Origin: Octopus sinensis
Lineage: Eukaryota
NCBI RefSeq assembly: GCF_006345805.1
Contig: NW_021833872.1
Span: 1-52,843 of the forward strand
Direction of reading: 5' to 3'
DNA length: 52,843 nt
In this document: piece by piece, positions 1 through 13,551 of the stretch
Numbering within the stretch: the stretch's first letter is position 1
How the letters are laid out: the number at the start of each line of letters is the position of its first letter
The notes under the pieces: model-generated
Database searches by the model: none
The model's input: only the letters and a program-made list of their open reading frames with translations
Told to the model about the DNA's origin: nothing
Position numbers and translations under genes: made by a program

Positions 1-333
1 AAGTACCAGTTACGCACTGAGGTCGATGTACTCGACTTAATCCGTTTGTCTGTCCTTGTTTGTCCTCTCTGTGTTTAGCCCTTGTGGGTAGTAAAGAAAT
101 AGGTATTTAAGTACGTTTACACACACACACACATAGACATACATGTCAACGTGCCAAAGCAGTGGTTAGGTTTCAATCCTAACCCGAGGCAGTTTTATCT
201 ATTCTTTATTTCAATTATTTGACTGCGGCCATGCCGGGGCACCACATTGAAGGATTTAGCCAAACGAATCAATCCAGCTTTTCTATTTTGTTTTCTAAGC
301 CTGGTATTTATTCTCACGGGTTTTTTTTTTGCA

Positions 334-548
334 GGAGTGGCAGTGTGGTAAGTAGCTTGCTTACCAACCCTTGGTCCGGGTTCATTCCCACTGCGTGACA
401 CCTGGGCAAGTGTCTTCTACTATAGCCTCGGGCCGACAAAGCCTTGTGAGTGGATTTGGTAGACGAAAACTGAAGGAAGCCCGTCGTATATATGTATATG
501 ATATATATAATATATATATATATAATATATATTATATATATATATATC

Positions 549-579
<31 letters not shown>

Positions 580-790
580 GGTATGTGTGTATATGTTGTG
601 TGTCTATGTTTGTCTCCCCAACATCGCTTGACAAACGATGGTGGTGTGTTTACGTCCCGTAACTTAGCGGTTCATCAAAACAGACCGATAGAATAAGTAC
701 TGGGCTTACAAAGAATAAGTCCTGGGGTCGATTTGCTCGACTAAAGGCGGTGCTCCAGAATGGCCGCACTCAAATGACTGAAACAAGTAA
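334..790 (+). mobile_element. tRNA-derived composite SINE with an internal (TA)n(TG)n tract
   Basis: The head is ggagtggcagtgtggtaag...gggttcattccc, followed by ccttgggcaagtgtc-like core, microsatellite, and a 3' half ending ctgaaacaagtaaaagag. Confidence 0.85.
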
Positions 791-1059
791 AGAGTCAACC
801 GCTAAGTTATGGGGATGTAAACAAAAGCAACACTTGTTGTCAAGCGGTGGGAATTGGACAAATAGAAACCATAGTAACACACAGATAAACAGACAGACAG
901 ACAGACTGACAGGTAGATAAGGAAAGAGAGAGATGAACACGTTTGTGCCAAGGCAGAAAGAGAGATAGATAGATGGATTGAGGGGTATATAGATAGGTGT
1001 ATGGATTGAAAGATTAAATAGAGAAACTGGTAGAAAGGCAAGTTAGTAGACATATAGTA

Positions 1060-1097
1060 ATAGAGAGGTAGGTGAATAGATAGATAGATAGATAGAT

Positions 1098-1172
<75 letters not shown>

Positions 1173-1185
1173 CAGACATATAGAT

Positions 1186-1250
<65 letters not shown>
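1060..1250. repeat. (GATA)n/(GACA)n microsatellite
   Basis: Direct reading. A similar tract is at 5127-5250. Confidence 0.95.
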
Positions 1251-1252
<2 letters not shown>

Positions 1253-1253
<1 letters not shown>

Positions 1254-1612
1254 ACGGATTAAGTCGATTACATCGACCCCAGTGCGTAACTGGTACTTAA
1301 TTTATCGACCCCAAAAGGATGAAAGGTGAAGTCGACCTCGTCGGAATTTGAACTCAGAACGTAACGGCAGACGAAATACCTATTTCTTTACTACCCACAA
1401 GGGGCTAAACACAGAAGGGGCAAACAAGGACAGACAAACGGATTAAGTCGATTATATCGACCCCAGTGCGTAACTGATACTTAATTCATCGACTCCGAAA
1501 GAATGAAAGGCAAAATCGACCTCGGCGGAATTTGAACTCAGAACGTAACGGCAGACGAAATACGGCTACGCCTTTCGCCCGGCGTGCTAACGTTTCTGCC
1601 AGCTCTCCGCCT
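1253..1612 (-). mobile_element. Meta-type SINE dimer
   Basis: One head and two bodies with the aaagaaata-ggtatttcg junction. Confidence 0.85.
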
Positions 1613-2360
1613 TGTTACCCATAAAATATTGAATGCAAGCCAAATCATCACCACCGCCTGTTATAACAAACTTACGTTAGAGTGCTTAGAGTACGTTGGT
1701 AGTTGTGTGGTGGGGAGATGATACATCATCTCATCTCATCATACCTCCTTCCTCAACGTTACCAAAGCAAGTCTGACACGTTTCTTGCATTATTTAATAA
1801 CTCTGTGGCCTTTAAAAAAAACACGTTCACCTGAAAAGATGAAAGGCAGCGAATGAATGGCAGCCAAATTATAGCGGTGCTGTGCTACTGATCTCATTTA
1901 CACAATGCCATCACAACCAGAAATAGAAGTTTTAAACCTCGTATAAGCAATTCACTAGATTAAAACGAACGACTATATACAATTGATCTGAAGGATGGCG
2001 GTGCCCCAGCATGGCCACAGCTCATGAGCTGAAACTGGAAAAATCAAAATCAAAATCAAAGATAAAACTGAAATATAGTGCTCATAGGGCGCAGGCGTGG
2101 CTGTGTGGTAAGAAGCTTGCTTCCCAACCACATGGTTCCAGGTTCAGTCCCACTCCGTGGTACCTTGGACAAGTACCTTCTACTATGGTCTCGGGCCGAT
2201 CAAAGCCCTGTGAGTGGATTTGGTAGATGGAAACTGAAAGAAGCCTTTCGTGTGTGTGTGTGTATATATATAGAGAGATTGACAAAATTATTTTTTGAAC
2301 CAGTTGAAGATACAGGAGATGTCGAAATATCGTTCACTAGATAAATCATCATCATCATCA

Positions 2361-2418
<58 letters not shown>

Positions 2419-2427
2419 TATTATTAA

Positions 2428-2958
2428 GTGAGAGAGCAGTGCATGCCATCAAAGTGACACTGGGGTAAAATATACGAAGCCTAGTATACCGATCATGACT
2501 ACCCGTCTGATAAGGGTATACTAGGCACATGCATCACAACCATATGTGCGCGTCATGGTGATCTCATATCATGATAAACAGCGCCTAACCTTTCAGGTGG
2601 GGTCCAGTTAAGATTTTCTTCAGGTCGAGTAACCCATCACGCTCAAAAGGTCCCTGGATAAGGGTTATTTAAGGATGTTGAACGAACCACCCGTATTTTC
2701 AAAGGTGAATTATCCAAACCCCAAAGAATTCCTTTCAACACATGGCTATGATGCTCCCCCAATACTTCTGCTCGTGATCAGAGATGCACATATCGTCAGC
2801 CACTAAGGGACATGCTCAACTGGTTAAGGTCAAACAACTGACAAGCAAATCTGTGGTATTGAGCAGAATATTTGCTGTAGCCCATCTTTTATATCAAGAC
2901 AAAACAATGCACATGGTAACACTTCCAATCAGTTGAGATCAGAAGCCACGAGAGCCAC
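2428..2958 (-). mobile_element. (TAA)n-associated element
   Basis: Reverse complement of the 41956 family, abutting (ATT)n at 2363-2427. Confidence 0.8.
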
Positions 2959-3249
2959 TTGCATGTTAATTTCACGAGCAATCTGTTCGATTGATCCGAT
3001 CAACTGCAACGGACGGAGTTCCGGTATATATAGGCGGCGAGCTGGCAGAAACGTTAGCATGCCGGGCGAATTGCGTAGCCGTATTTCGTCTGCCGCTACA
3101 CTCCGCCGAGGTCGACATTGCCTTTCATCCTTTCGGGGGTCGATGAATAAAGTACCAGTCACGCACTGGGGTCGATGTAATCGACTTAATCCTGTTGTGT
3201 GTCCTTGTTTGTCCACTCTGTGTTTAGCCCCTTATGGACAATAAAGAAA

Positions 3250-4500
3250 TATATACTGTTGAGTATGATTATCAGCTATATTTGACCTTCTCTGACGTTG
3301 CTAGGAAGAGAAGAAAACTAGGAAATGTGATAAACTAGAAATGTGATAAGTGTCAACCTATATCTGTTGTTGAGGTGTCAGGTTTCTCGATCATTCATAT
3401 AAGAGTTGAACTTCTTGCACTGAAGGACTGGTTTGAGGAAGTCATTGTGACGTTATCTATCTACGTACGAGGTTGTGAGTATGTTTTGTTGAGTGCTGAG
3501 AAGGTTTGTGCAGGTACAGTTTTAAAAGGATGAGTCTGAGGATATATCTCTGAAGTACTCCATTCAAGAAATTATAGGTTCTGGACGTATTGCCCATAAA
3601 CGCAGATAGACTGCTGACGAGCATTTTCTCTTGTTTCTTAAGGTGGTATTCAGATAAGGCGGCGAGCTAGCAGAAACGTTAGCACGCCGGACGAAATACG
3701 TGGCCGTATTTCGTCTGCCGTTACGTTCCGAGTTCAAATTCCGCCGAGGTCGACTTTGCCTTTCATCCTTTCGGGGTCGATAAATTAAGTACCAGTTACG
3801 CAATGGGGTCGATATAATCGACTTAATCCGTTTGTCTGTCGTTGTTTGTCCTCTCTGTGTTTAGCCCCTTGTGGGTAGTAAAGAAATAGGTATTTCGTCT
3901 GCCGTTACGTTCTGAGTTCAAATTCCGCCGAGGTCGACTTTGCCTTTCATCCTTTCAGGGTCGATTAAATAAGTACCAGTTACGTACTGGGGTCGATATA
4001 ATCGACTTAATCCGTTTGTCTGTCGTTGTTTGTCCTCTCTGTGTTTAGCCCCTTGTGGGTAGTAAAGAAATAGGTATTTCGTCTGCCGTTACGTTCTGAG
4101 TTCAAATTCCGCCGAGGTCGACTTTGCCTTTCATCCTTTCAGGGTCGATTAAATAAGTACCAGTTACGTACTGGGGTCGATATAATCGACTTAATCCGTT
4201 TGTCTGTCCTTATTTGTCCCCTCTGTGTTTAGCCCCTTGTGGGTAGTAAAGAAATAGGTATTCAGAAATTTTTGTATGGATGGATTGCAGGAAATAGAAT
4301 TGAAAGCTTTACTGTTTCATTGGTGAAGCGATCATGTATTTTCAGTAGAAGCTTTGAGTCGAATCGTGTGATGGTTGAAGGTGGTGGTCTAAATCCATGA
4401 TATGAGGAGAGTGGAAAATGTGGGTAGTGAATTCAAAGGTGTTGTTATTGTTGTAAGCGAGCTCTTCATATATCTGTAGCATATCTGATATCCTCACTGT
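3250..4500 (-). mobile_element. Degenerate retroelement fragment (possibly Penelope-like) split by the SINE trimer
   Basis: Unique-looking, stop-riddled sequence at 3250-3654 continues at 4257-4500 across the TSD. The family call is tentative. Confidence 0.3.
3655..4256 (+). mobile_element. tRNA-derived Meta/Ceph-domain-type SINE, trimer
   Basis: The head ggcggcgagctagcagaaacgttagc carries a B-box (gagttcaaattcc), followed by the core gtcgactttgcctttcatcctttcggggtcgataaattaagtaccag. There are three 184-bp bodies and a 10-bp flanking duplication ggtattcaga. Confidence 0.85.
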
Positions 4501-4527
4501 TTGAGAAACACAATAAGAATGATTTCG

Positions 4528-4761
4528 TTTGTCCCTGTTGTGTCCACTGATCTGATTGGTTGGGATGTGGCGCGGTTTGTCTCCCTACTTATTTCGCGCC
4601 AGAGTGAAAACTGGCCTTTTTATAAGGAAAAAATGGCTCAAAGAAGCAGGCCTTGTCCGATTGCCGTGATTGGCTGGCTTTACACAGTGGCGCGAAATAA
4701 GTAGTGAGACAAACCGCGCCACATGCCAACCAATCAGATCAGTGGACATATCAGGGACAAA
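4528..4761. mobile_element. GC-rich fold-back element (MITE-like) with ~74-bp arms
   Basis: 4528-4601 is near-identical to the reverse complement of 4688-4761. Confidence 0.65.
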
Positions 4762-4795
4762 CCAATCAAAGATGGCTGTAATCTCAAACGAGATC

Positions 4796-5010
4796 ATGTA
4801 TGTATGTATGTATGTACGTATGCATGTATTCATGTATGTATGTATGTATGTATGTATGTATGTATGTATGTATGTATGTATGTATGTATGTATGTATGTA
4901 TGCATGTATGTGTGCATGTATGTATGCATGCATGTATGTATGTATGTATGTATGTATTCATGTATTCATGTATGTATGTATGTATGTGTGCGTGTATGTA
5001 TGTATATATG
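4796..5010. repeat. (TATG)n microsatellite
   Basis: Direct reading. Similar tracts are at 5903-5968, 24523-24636 and 27764-27830. Confidence 0.95.
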
Positions 5011-5124
5011 TATTCCATTTGAGCTTCTATGTCGGTGTTTACTTTCTGAACTCCAACCACGAGTTGCGTCTATCAGATACTATTACACAACGAAAATGGA
5101 TCTTTAGGTGTTGCAGGCTGTTAT

Positions 5125-5250
<126 letters not shown>

Positions 5251-5394
5251 CTGGCAGGTGAAAAACAAATATATAATAAACTACGAATCCGAATTAACTG
5301 GTCAAAAAATAGGACGAATCAGAGAACAAAAGAATAAAGGGAAAATAAATAAACAGATAGATAAATGAACAAATAAAATATATGATAACATAGA

Positions 5395-6440
5395 TAAATG
5401 ATAGAAAATGGAATGAACAACATTTAAAAATTACTACAATTGTTTCAACATATTTTTACACTCTTATTAGATTGGTGAGATAATGTGTAATCATTATCAT
5501 GCATCCAAGGTGTAAAATGCGTTTCTTCAGGTGATTGTTTCAATAAGTTCTTTGTTAGATCCTACCCTCGTTTCACTAAGTGTGGGAATGCATACCCAAA
5601 GTGATGTATCATCTTCAGCAGTTACAGACAAAACTAAACCCATAGATGCAATTATAATCAAGATATTACAACGTAGGTATTGAGTTGTGCGGTCAGCCAT
5701 GTTAATGAGTTTAGGAAAGAGACCAGCTGTAATAGCCACTACACACATTTTTTCTCTCCTTGTTTTTTCTGTGTCCCTTTCTGTAGAAGAGCATAGGCTC
5801 GAAACGTAAAAACTTTTTCTGTTCCTGAGCGTTATACAAATACATCTGTTTGTTTTGTACACCACCTGTCTTCGTCTTTTGTTTTTATTCGTAAACTCTC
5901 CCTATGTATGTATGTATGTATGTATGTATGTATGTATGTATGTATGTATGTATGTATGTATGTATGTATTTATCTTAGATTGGTAGCCACAGCGCACATT
6001 TTTTTCCCTCCCTGTTTCTCTCCTCGTTTTTTTCTGTGTCCCTTTCTGTAGAAGAGCGTAGGCTCGAAACGTAAAATACTTTTTCTATTCCTGAGCGTTA
6101 TACTAATACATCTGTTTGTTTTGTACACCACCTGTCGTCGTCTTTTGTTTTTTTTTTTTCGTAAACTCTCCCTATATATGATAGGAGATAGGTTTTGTCA
6201 GTTAACTGGCTGAAAATGATACATCACTTTGGATATGCATCCTCACATTGAATGAAGCGATGGTAGGATTTAAGGAAGGACTTATTGAAATAATCGCCCG
6301 AGGAGGCACCTTTTACATCATGGATGCAGGATAATGATTACATAACATTTCACCAACGTTCTGCGGGTGTAAAAATGTGTCGAAACAACTGTAGTGGTTT
6401 TGAATTACGAATGTCATTCATTCTATTTTCTATCATTTAT
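5395..6440. mobile_element. Old long-TIR element interrupted by two ~170-bp repeats and (TATG)n
   Basis: About 5400-5640 aligns by eye, as a diverged reverse complement, to about 6190-6420. Direct repeats lie inside at 5735-5905 and 5985-6178. Confidence 0.55.
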
Positions 6441-6781
6441 TTATTCATATAAACTCAGCAATAACTTTGTGATTATTGACATATATATCCAGTACCTGGA
6501 GCATTTACACTGTATGATGACATCAGGTAGCCAATAACTGTGGACGGGATTTGCATAGTATTCAACAAAGTTTTGAGGATGGCCAGTATGAACGAGCTTA
6601 CTCTGGACATACGCTTGTTGGCAGAAGAAGTCGAAGTCGGGAGAGAGTGAGGTGCCTGCCTGAGGTGCCTGTTGGTTGGGGCGACCAGGATGTGTGGCGT
6701 CATTTGGAGGCTAAAACAATGCGAAGCGCATTGTGACTAGCAATGTGTAACAACATCTGATAACCTGGTCGGTCACTTGAT

Positions 6782-6866
<85 letters not shown>

Positions 6867-7683
6867 TATATGTTTGTGTGGTCTTGTCCCTCCCCCCAAC
6901 ATCGCTTGACAACCGATGGTGGTGTGTTTCCGATCCGTAACTTAGCAGTTCAGCAAAAAGAGACCGATAGAATAAGTACTATACTAGGCTTCCGAAGAAT
7001 AAGTCCTGGGGTCGATTTGGTCGACTAAAGGCGGTGCTCCAGCTTCGCCGCAGTCAAATGACTGAAACACGTAAAAGAAAGTAAACGAAATGTAAATCAG
7101 TTAAGGATTATCTGCGCTAAAACTTACTAAGACCTCGTATTGAATAAGTAAAAAAAAATAATATATATATATATATAAAAGAAAGAAACAATGTAAACTA
7201 TAAGTACTTAAGTATATCTATCGCTAATCTAGTAACAAGTGCATCCAGCCATCATTCAGAAGCTGGTAGAGCTTGGTGATGTGCACCATGTTATCGATGA
7301 CCCTGCTAGGCGCCTGTGTACTTACTCTTTACTCTTTTACTTGTTTCAGTCATTTGACTGCGGCCATGCTGGAGCACCGCCTTTGGTCGAGCAAATCGAC
7401 CCCAGGACTTATTCTTTGGAAGTCTAGTACTTATTCTATCGGTTACTTTTGCCGAACCGCTAAGTTACGGGGACGTAAACACATCAGCATCGGTTGTCAA
7501 GCGATGTTGGGGGGTGACAAGCACAGACACGCAAACATATACACACACATACATATATATATATATACATATATACGACGGGCTTCTTTCAGTTTCCGTC
7601 TACCAAATCCACTCACAAGGCTTTGGTCGGCCCGAGGCTACAGTAGAAGGCACTTGCTCAAGGTGCCACGAGCAAATATGTAA

Positions 7684-8092
7684 AGGCAGCGAGCTGGCAG
7701 AAACGTTAGCACGCCGGGCGAAATGCTTAGCGGTGTTTCGTCTGACGTTATGTTCTGAGTTCAAATTCCGCCGAGGTCGACTTTGCTTTTCATCCTTTCG
7801 GTGGTCGATAAATTAAGTACCAGTTACGCACTGGTGTCGATATAATCGCCTTAATCCGTTTGTCTGTCCTCTCTATGTTTAGCCCCTTATGGGTAGTAAA
7901 GAAATAGGTATTTCGTCTGCCACTACGTTCTGAGTTCAAATTCCGCCAAGGTCGACTTTGCCTTTCATTCTTTCGGGGTCGATAAATTAAGTACCAGTTA
8001 CGTACTGGAGTCGATATAATCGACTTAATCCGTTTGTCTGTCCTTGTTTGTCCCCTCTGTGTTTAGCCCCTTGTGGGCAATAAAGAAATAAG
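7684..8092 (+). mobile_element. Meta-type SINE dimer
   Basis: Same family and the same junction. Confidence 0.85.
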
Positions 8093-10462
8093 ATATAGAC
8101 GCTCTCGCGGGTCCCCCTCTCAACTTTGGTCCCCATTACAACTGAGATTAATGGATCTGTGGCAAATGCGATCGTACCTCACTCGAAGACACAACAGCAC
8201 GCTGACGTTCGGTCGAGACATAATAGTTACCACCGCCACCACCGCCACCACCGCCGTCAACGCCACCACCACTGTCATCGTGGTCGTCTTCGTCATCATC
8301 ATCGTCGTCGTCATGATGATCAACGTAAGAAAAATGTTTCAAGTACATGTAAACAATTATCACAAGAGTTATTTCCCTTGACAAAATTGATACGCCGACC
8401 TCAATGAAAGATGTCGATGCAAGGCATTGTCAGTAATTACAAGACAAAAACAGGTGAAATACGTAAACAACGAGAAAAAATGGAAAACAGGACAAACGCA
8501 GAAAAATGACCGTTCATCAGTTGTCGGCTGTCTATCTACTCCTCATTTCGAGCATTCAATATATATACATGCACACAGACACACACACATATTTAATATA
8601 TATATGTCTCATTTTCTCATTTTAGTTGTTTCAGTCATTTTGACTGCGGCCATGCTGGTGCACCGCCTTTAATCGAGCAACTCGACGACTCCGGCTCGAC
8701 ATCGATTGACTGTACAGCCCAGTACTTATTCTATCGGTCTCTTTTGCCGAAACGCTAAGTTACGGGGACATAAACACCACCAGCATCGGTTGTCAAGCAA
8801 TGCTAGGGTAACAAACACACACACACACACACATATATATACATATATACGACGGGCTTCTTTCAGTTTCCGTCTACCAAATCCACTCACAAAGCTTTGG
8901 TTCGGCCCAAGGCTTATAGTAGAAGACACTTGCCAAGGTGCCACGCAGTGGGACTGAACCCGGAACCATGTGGTTGTAAACAAGCTACTTACCACACAGC
9001 CACTCCTATGTATATATAATAATAAAATTATTGTATACAGTGCTCAGGTGCACCACTACTTGTCAAAAGTGCGTATAAAGTATATGCAGTAATGTACAAA
9101 TGTCTGGAAAGTGAACAGTGTATGATTCAGGTACATGCTTGCGTGTGTATGGAGGGGAGAAAGATCAGGTGTTAGTGTTGGCGAATCTCAGGAAGCATGG
9201 AATTTTGAAGATGCAGTGCTCCAACAAACTAAAACTGATGCCGGCAGTTTGTTCCATGCTTCAGCAACTCTTAGCGTGAAAAAATGTTTCCGAAAGTAAT
9301 GGGAGCTGTGCTGTTTCTGACTTTGTAAACATGTCCACGGGTGTTAGACGGGTGGAGTTTGAAAAGGTGCTCAGAGTTATTGTTTGTAAGATATATGTAT
9401 GTATGTATGTATGTGCATCTATATATAAACGTGTCTGTCTATGTATGTATGAACGTATGTATGTATGTATGATGTATGTATATATCCTCCTCCTCATCAT
9501 CATCATCATTTAGCGGCCGCTTTCCATGCTAGCATGGGTTGGACGGTTCGACCGGGGATCTGGGAAGCCAGAAGGCTGCACCAGGCTCCAGTCTGATCTG
9601 GCAGTGTTTCTACAGCTGGATGCCCTTCCTAATGCCAACCACTCCGTGAGTGTAGTGGGTGCTTTTTACGTGCCACCGGCACAGGTGCCAGACGGGGCTG
9701 GCAAACAGCCACGGTCGGATGGAGCTTTTTATGTGCCACCGGCACGGGGGCCATGCGAGGCTGGCAACGGCCACGATCGGATGGTGCTTTTTACGTGCCA
9801 CCGGCACGGAATAAATATATATATATTTAGAGAGAGAGAAAATGGAGGGGATCAATAGGTGGTATTCATCAACTTTTGGACATTATATTGTCAATTTATT
9901 TATTTATCTACTAAAAAGACATATAGACAATGATGCGCAACCCCATTATATAACCAAGGATTGGATTGATTAATTCATTAAAATTAAAATTTAATTTAAA
10001 TAACTCAAAGAACTTATTAATCAGCCAACCAACTAACTAATTAATTAAATAATTAGTTAATTGTTTGGCTGATTAATAAGTTGTTTGGGCTATTTAAATC
10101 TAGAGTTACCTCCCTTGGTTTCATTTATAAATAAAACCTCCAACTCCATCTCATCTCTTAAGTATAACATTAAAAGTAATTAGATAAATAAATAGATGGA
10201 TAGATATAGACTAAGCGGTTTATCAATTAAGTGAATTAACACTATTACATGGAATCTTGCATTTTAGGAATTTGGCAGATTGAGTCTTGCATTTGAAACA
10301 ATTTGTCAGATATAACAGATTTTGAACATATTTTTTACCGATAATGACTACAATTTTGTAATATGTATGTATAGTTATATATAGAAGAAAATATGTGAGG
10401 ATTCGGAGATTGAATTCTGGCCGTAATTTTAGCGATTAACGACAACATGTTGAGACGAAATA

Positions 10463-11046
10463 AGGCGACGAACTGGCAGAATCGTTAGCGCATCTGGCGA
10501 AATGCTTAGCGGTATTTCGGCTGCCGTTACGTTGTGAGTTCAAATTCCGCCGAGGTCGACTTTGCCTTTCATCCTTTCGGGGTCGATAAATTAAGTACCA
10601 GTTAGCACTGGGGTCGATGTAATCGACTTAATACCTATGTCTGTCCATGTTTGTCCCCTCTATGTTTAGCCCCTTGTGGGTAATAAAGAAATAGGTATTT
10701 CATCTGCCGCTACGTTCTGAGTTCAAATTCCGCCGAGGTCGACTTTGCCTTTCATCTTTTCGGGGTCGATAAATTAAGTACTAGTTAGCACTGGGGTCGA
10801 TGTAATCGACTTAATACCTATGTCTGTCCATGTTTGTCCCCTCTATGTTTAGCCCCTTGTGGGTAATAAAGAAATAGGTATTTCATCTGCTGCTACGTTC
10901 TGAGGTCAAATTCCGCCGAGGTCGACTTTGCCTTTCGTCTTTTCGGGGTCGATAAATAAAGTACCAGTTTCGCACTGGGGTCGATGTAATCGACTTAATC
11001 CGTTTGTCTGTCCTTGTTTGTCCCCTCTACGTTTAGCCCCTTGTGG
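10463..11046 (+). mobile_element. Meta-type SINE trimer
   Basis: Same family and junction, with three bodies. Confidence 0.85.
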
Positions 11047-12399
11047 GAAATATATACGGTCACTTTTGATGTTCCATCCCTTGTTTGAGTTTGGTCCAGC
11101 TGGCTTCCGGCATGTATTTTAACCATATAGTACCCATATATTAATGACTCACAAAGTTATACTCATAATATAATATTGTGTAAGGGTATTTTTAATAAAT
11201 TTGTAATAACTTATCTCTCATACATATTATATTAAATAATATCTCCGTATTGTTATATAATGTTTTTATTTAAAATAAATTTGTAATAACTTATCGCTCA
11301 TATGTATTATATTAAAATAATATCCCCTAAGTATATCACTTTAACCTTAAATTCATATATATGTGTGTGTGTGTGTGTATATGAATTCACCTACATTTTG
11401 TTTTGTTTTATTTATATACATTATGTGTGTGTTTGTGTGTATGTGTGTGTGTGTGTGTATACACACCAATCTTTTCTTAGTGGTCAGACCATATGGGGTC
11501 TACATCTAGCATAATGGATGTCCACTTAGTGGTCATCCCTCTTATCTGTATGTAATATAATTTTTCTGAGTCTTCAGATTTTTCAATATGCTAGGCCACT
11601 GGTTTTAAATTGATATTAATCAAATTGATATTCAATTTTTAACCTTTATTATTTAATGTGTGTATATATATATATTATATATATATAGTAAGAACTAGCA
11701 AAAACTGTCCGATGAACGGCAACGGGAAACTCAGAGTAACAGGTTTTGTTGAATTTTCTGCTGCTTTAAATAAAGCATATTACTCTACCACTGGTATTTG
11801 AGTACTCTTTTTTCCACCTTGTTTCACATTTATGTGTTTACTCCGGTATATATATATATATATATATATATATTGCCTAATTTGTTCTATTTTATCAGTA
11901 ATCAATTAACCAACCATAACTAAGTCAAGGCCTTTCAAAACAATAGATAACCAATTAGATTACGTGACTGTACAAAAATAACCCCTCCCCACATCCCGCA
12001 GGATTTCAACTACTCCATAAACAAAAAAAATATAACTGAGAAATAAACATATCACATGTTTATATGAAAATATATATAAGTTTGTGTATTATTGCTATAA
12101 ATATATTATATAATTATAATGATACAAACTACTACATTAATCCTCCCTTCTAGACACATCTAATACATAAGTACCTATGAATATGTTTGTACGGAAATAT
12201 ATGTGTGTGTATGTATATATATATATATATATATATATTATTCAATTTTATTTGTTAGGGAATAAAAATTCCGGCATAACAGGGGTTCAAATTATTCTCA
12301 ATGAGGAAATATATATTTTTACATTTAGAGATAGTAGGCCCCTTCATCCCACCATATAAAAGAATTTTAATTTAATTTAATACTTACTATATATATATA

Positions 12400-12797
12400 C
12401 TAGCAGTATCGCCCGGCGTTGCTCGGGTTTGTAAGGGAAATAACTATATAAGCATTTTTAGAGAGTTATAGCGAAAAAATAGCAAAAAAAATGCATTCAA
12501 AATGGAAAAAAAATTATGGTAAATTTTTTTTTAAATCGTTGACTCATCGTAGACATTTTTAGAGAGTTACTTCCCTTATATAATAGCGAAAAAATGCATC
12601 AAAATGGAAAAAAATGATGGTAAATTATTTTTAAAACGTAGACTCATTGTAGACGCGCGCTAATACCCAGAAGGGCTCGATATGAATCACGACTATAAGA
12701 TACCCGCTTTTGGTTACACTGCACTGCAAAATGTGGGAGTAGTTAGGAATCTAAATCGTAGGAGACAGACACACAACTTCACTTTTATATATAAAGA
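12400..12797 (-). mobile_element. Non-autonomous Helitron (398 bp)
   Basis: On the minus strand it runs A|TC...hairpin cccgagcaacgccggg...CTAG|T, the canonical Helitron ends at an AT target. It contains an internal ~100-bp duplication. Confidence 0.8.
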
Positions 12798-13155
12798 TGT
12801 ATATATATATATATATGTAAAATACAAAAATGGGACAAGAACACAAAACATCCACACAGTTAGGTGAAACAAAAAATGGGGAAAACAAAATATCCAGACA
12901 GATGATACGAGGAAAACAAGGACGGATCATTCGGAGTTTTCTGTCTTCAGTCGAGTTCCAGATTATCTTTACAATTTCAGCTAGTTATAGGTATATGTGT
13001 GTGTGTATGTGTGTTCCTCATGAATATACACTATCATTTTTACATAACTAAAATAACTTTTATATTGATTTTGTAAATTACAATATTACTCCTCTTATAA
13101 TAACTTTCTCATACCTATGTTTATATTTTATCTAATATGAATAATATAATGCATC

Positions 13156-13234
<79 letters not shown>

Positions 13235-13551
13235 TGATTCATTAGTATGCATATACATGCAAATATGCATGTACATTTAAGTGTAGGTATATGTATTTAT
13301 GTATATATATGTATATGTATGTATATGTAAACGTATGTATATTAGTGTGTATTTATATTTATAAATTAATCTTATGTACTTTCTAAAATCTTTGACGAAG
13401 CCTAGAGAAACACCCAAGTACCTCAATTTCATCTACTAAATACTTCAGTCCACTGGGGGGGATAAAGGTAGAATGAGGTATTTTTGCCTCGGCTGAAACA
13501 GCTGTAAGATATTATCCCAATTTCTATTGCTCTTTCTTTCTTTTTCTTTTC

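Noticed and set aside
8148-8384. Asp/Gly-rich ORF with a GAG|gtacga donor
   Set aside because: It has no usable acceptor and consists mostly of GAT/GGT repeats. It cannot be supported without transcript data.
10275-10322. Plus-strand terminal exon EFGRLSLAFETICQI-stop
   Set aside because: It is a short, isolated acceptor-plus-ORF with no compatible upstream exons, within chance expectation.
11705-11742. ccgatga...gaaactc hammerhead-like motif
   Set aside because: The core is altered (CCGAUGA), and stems I and II do not pair convincingly.
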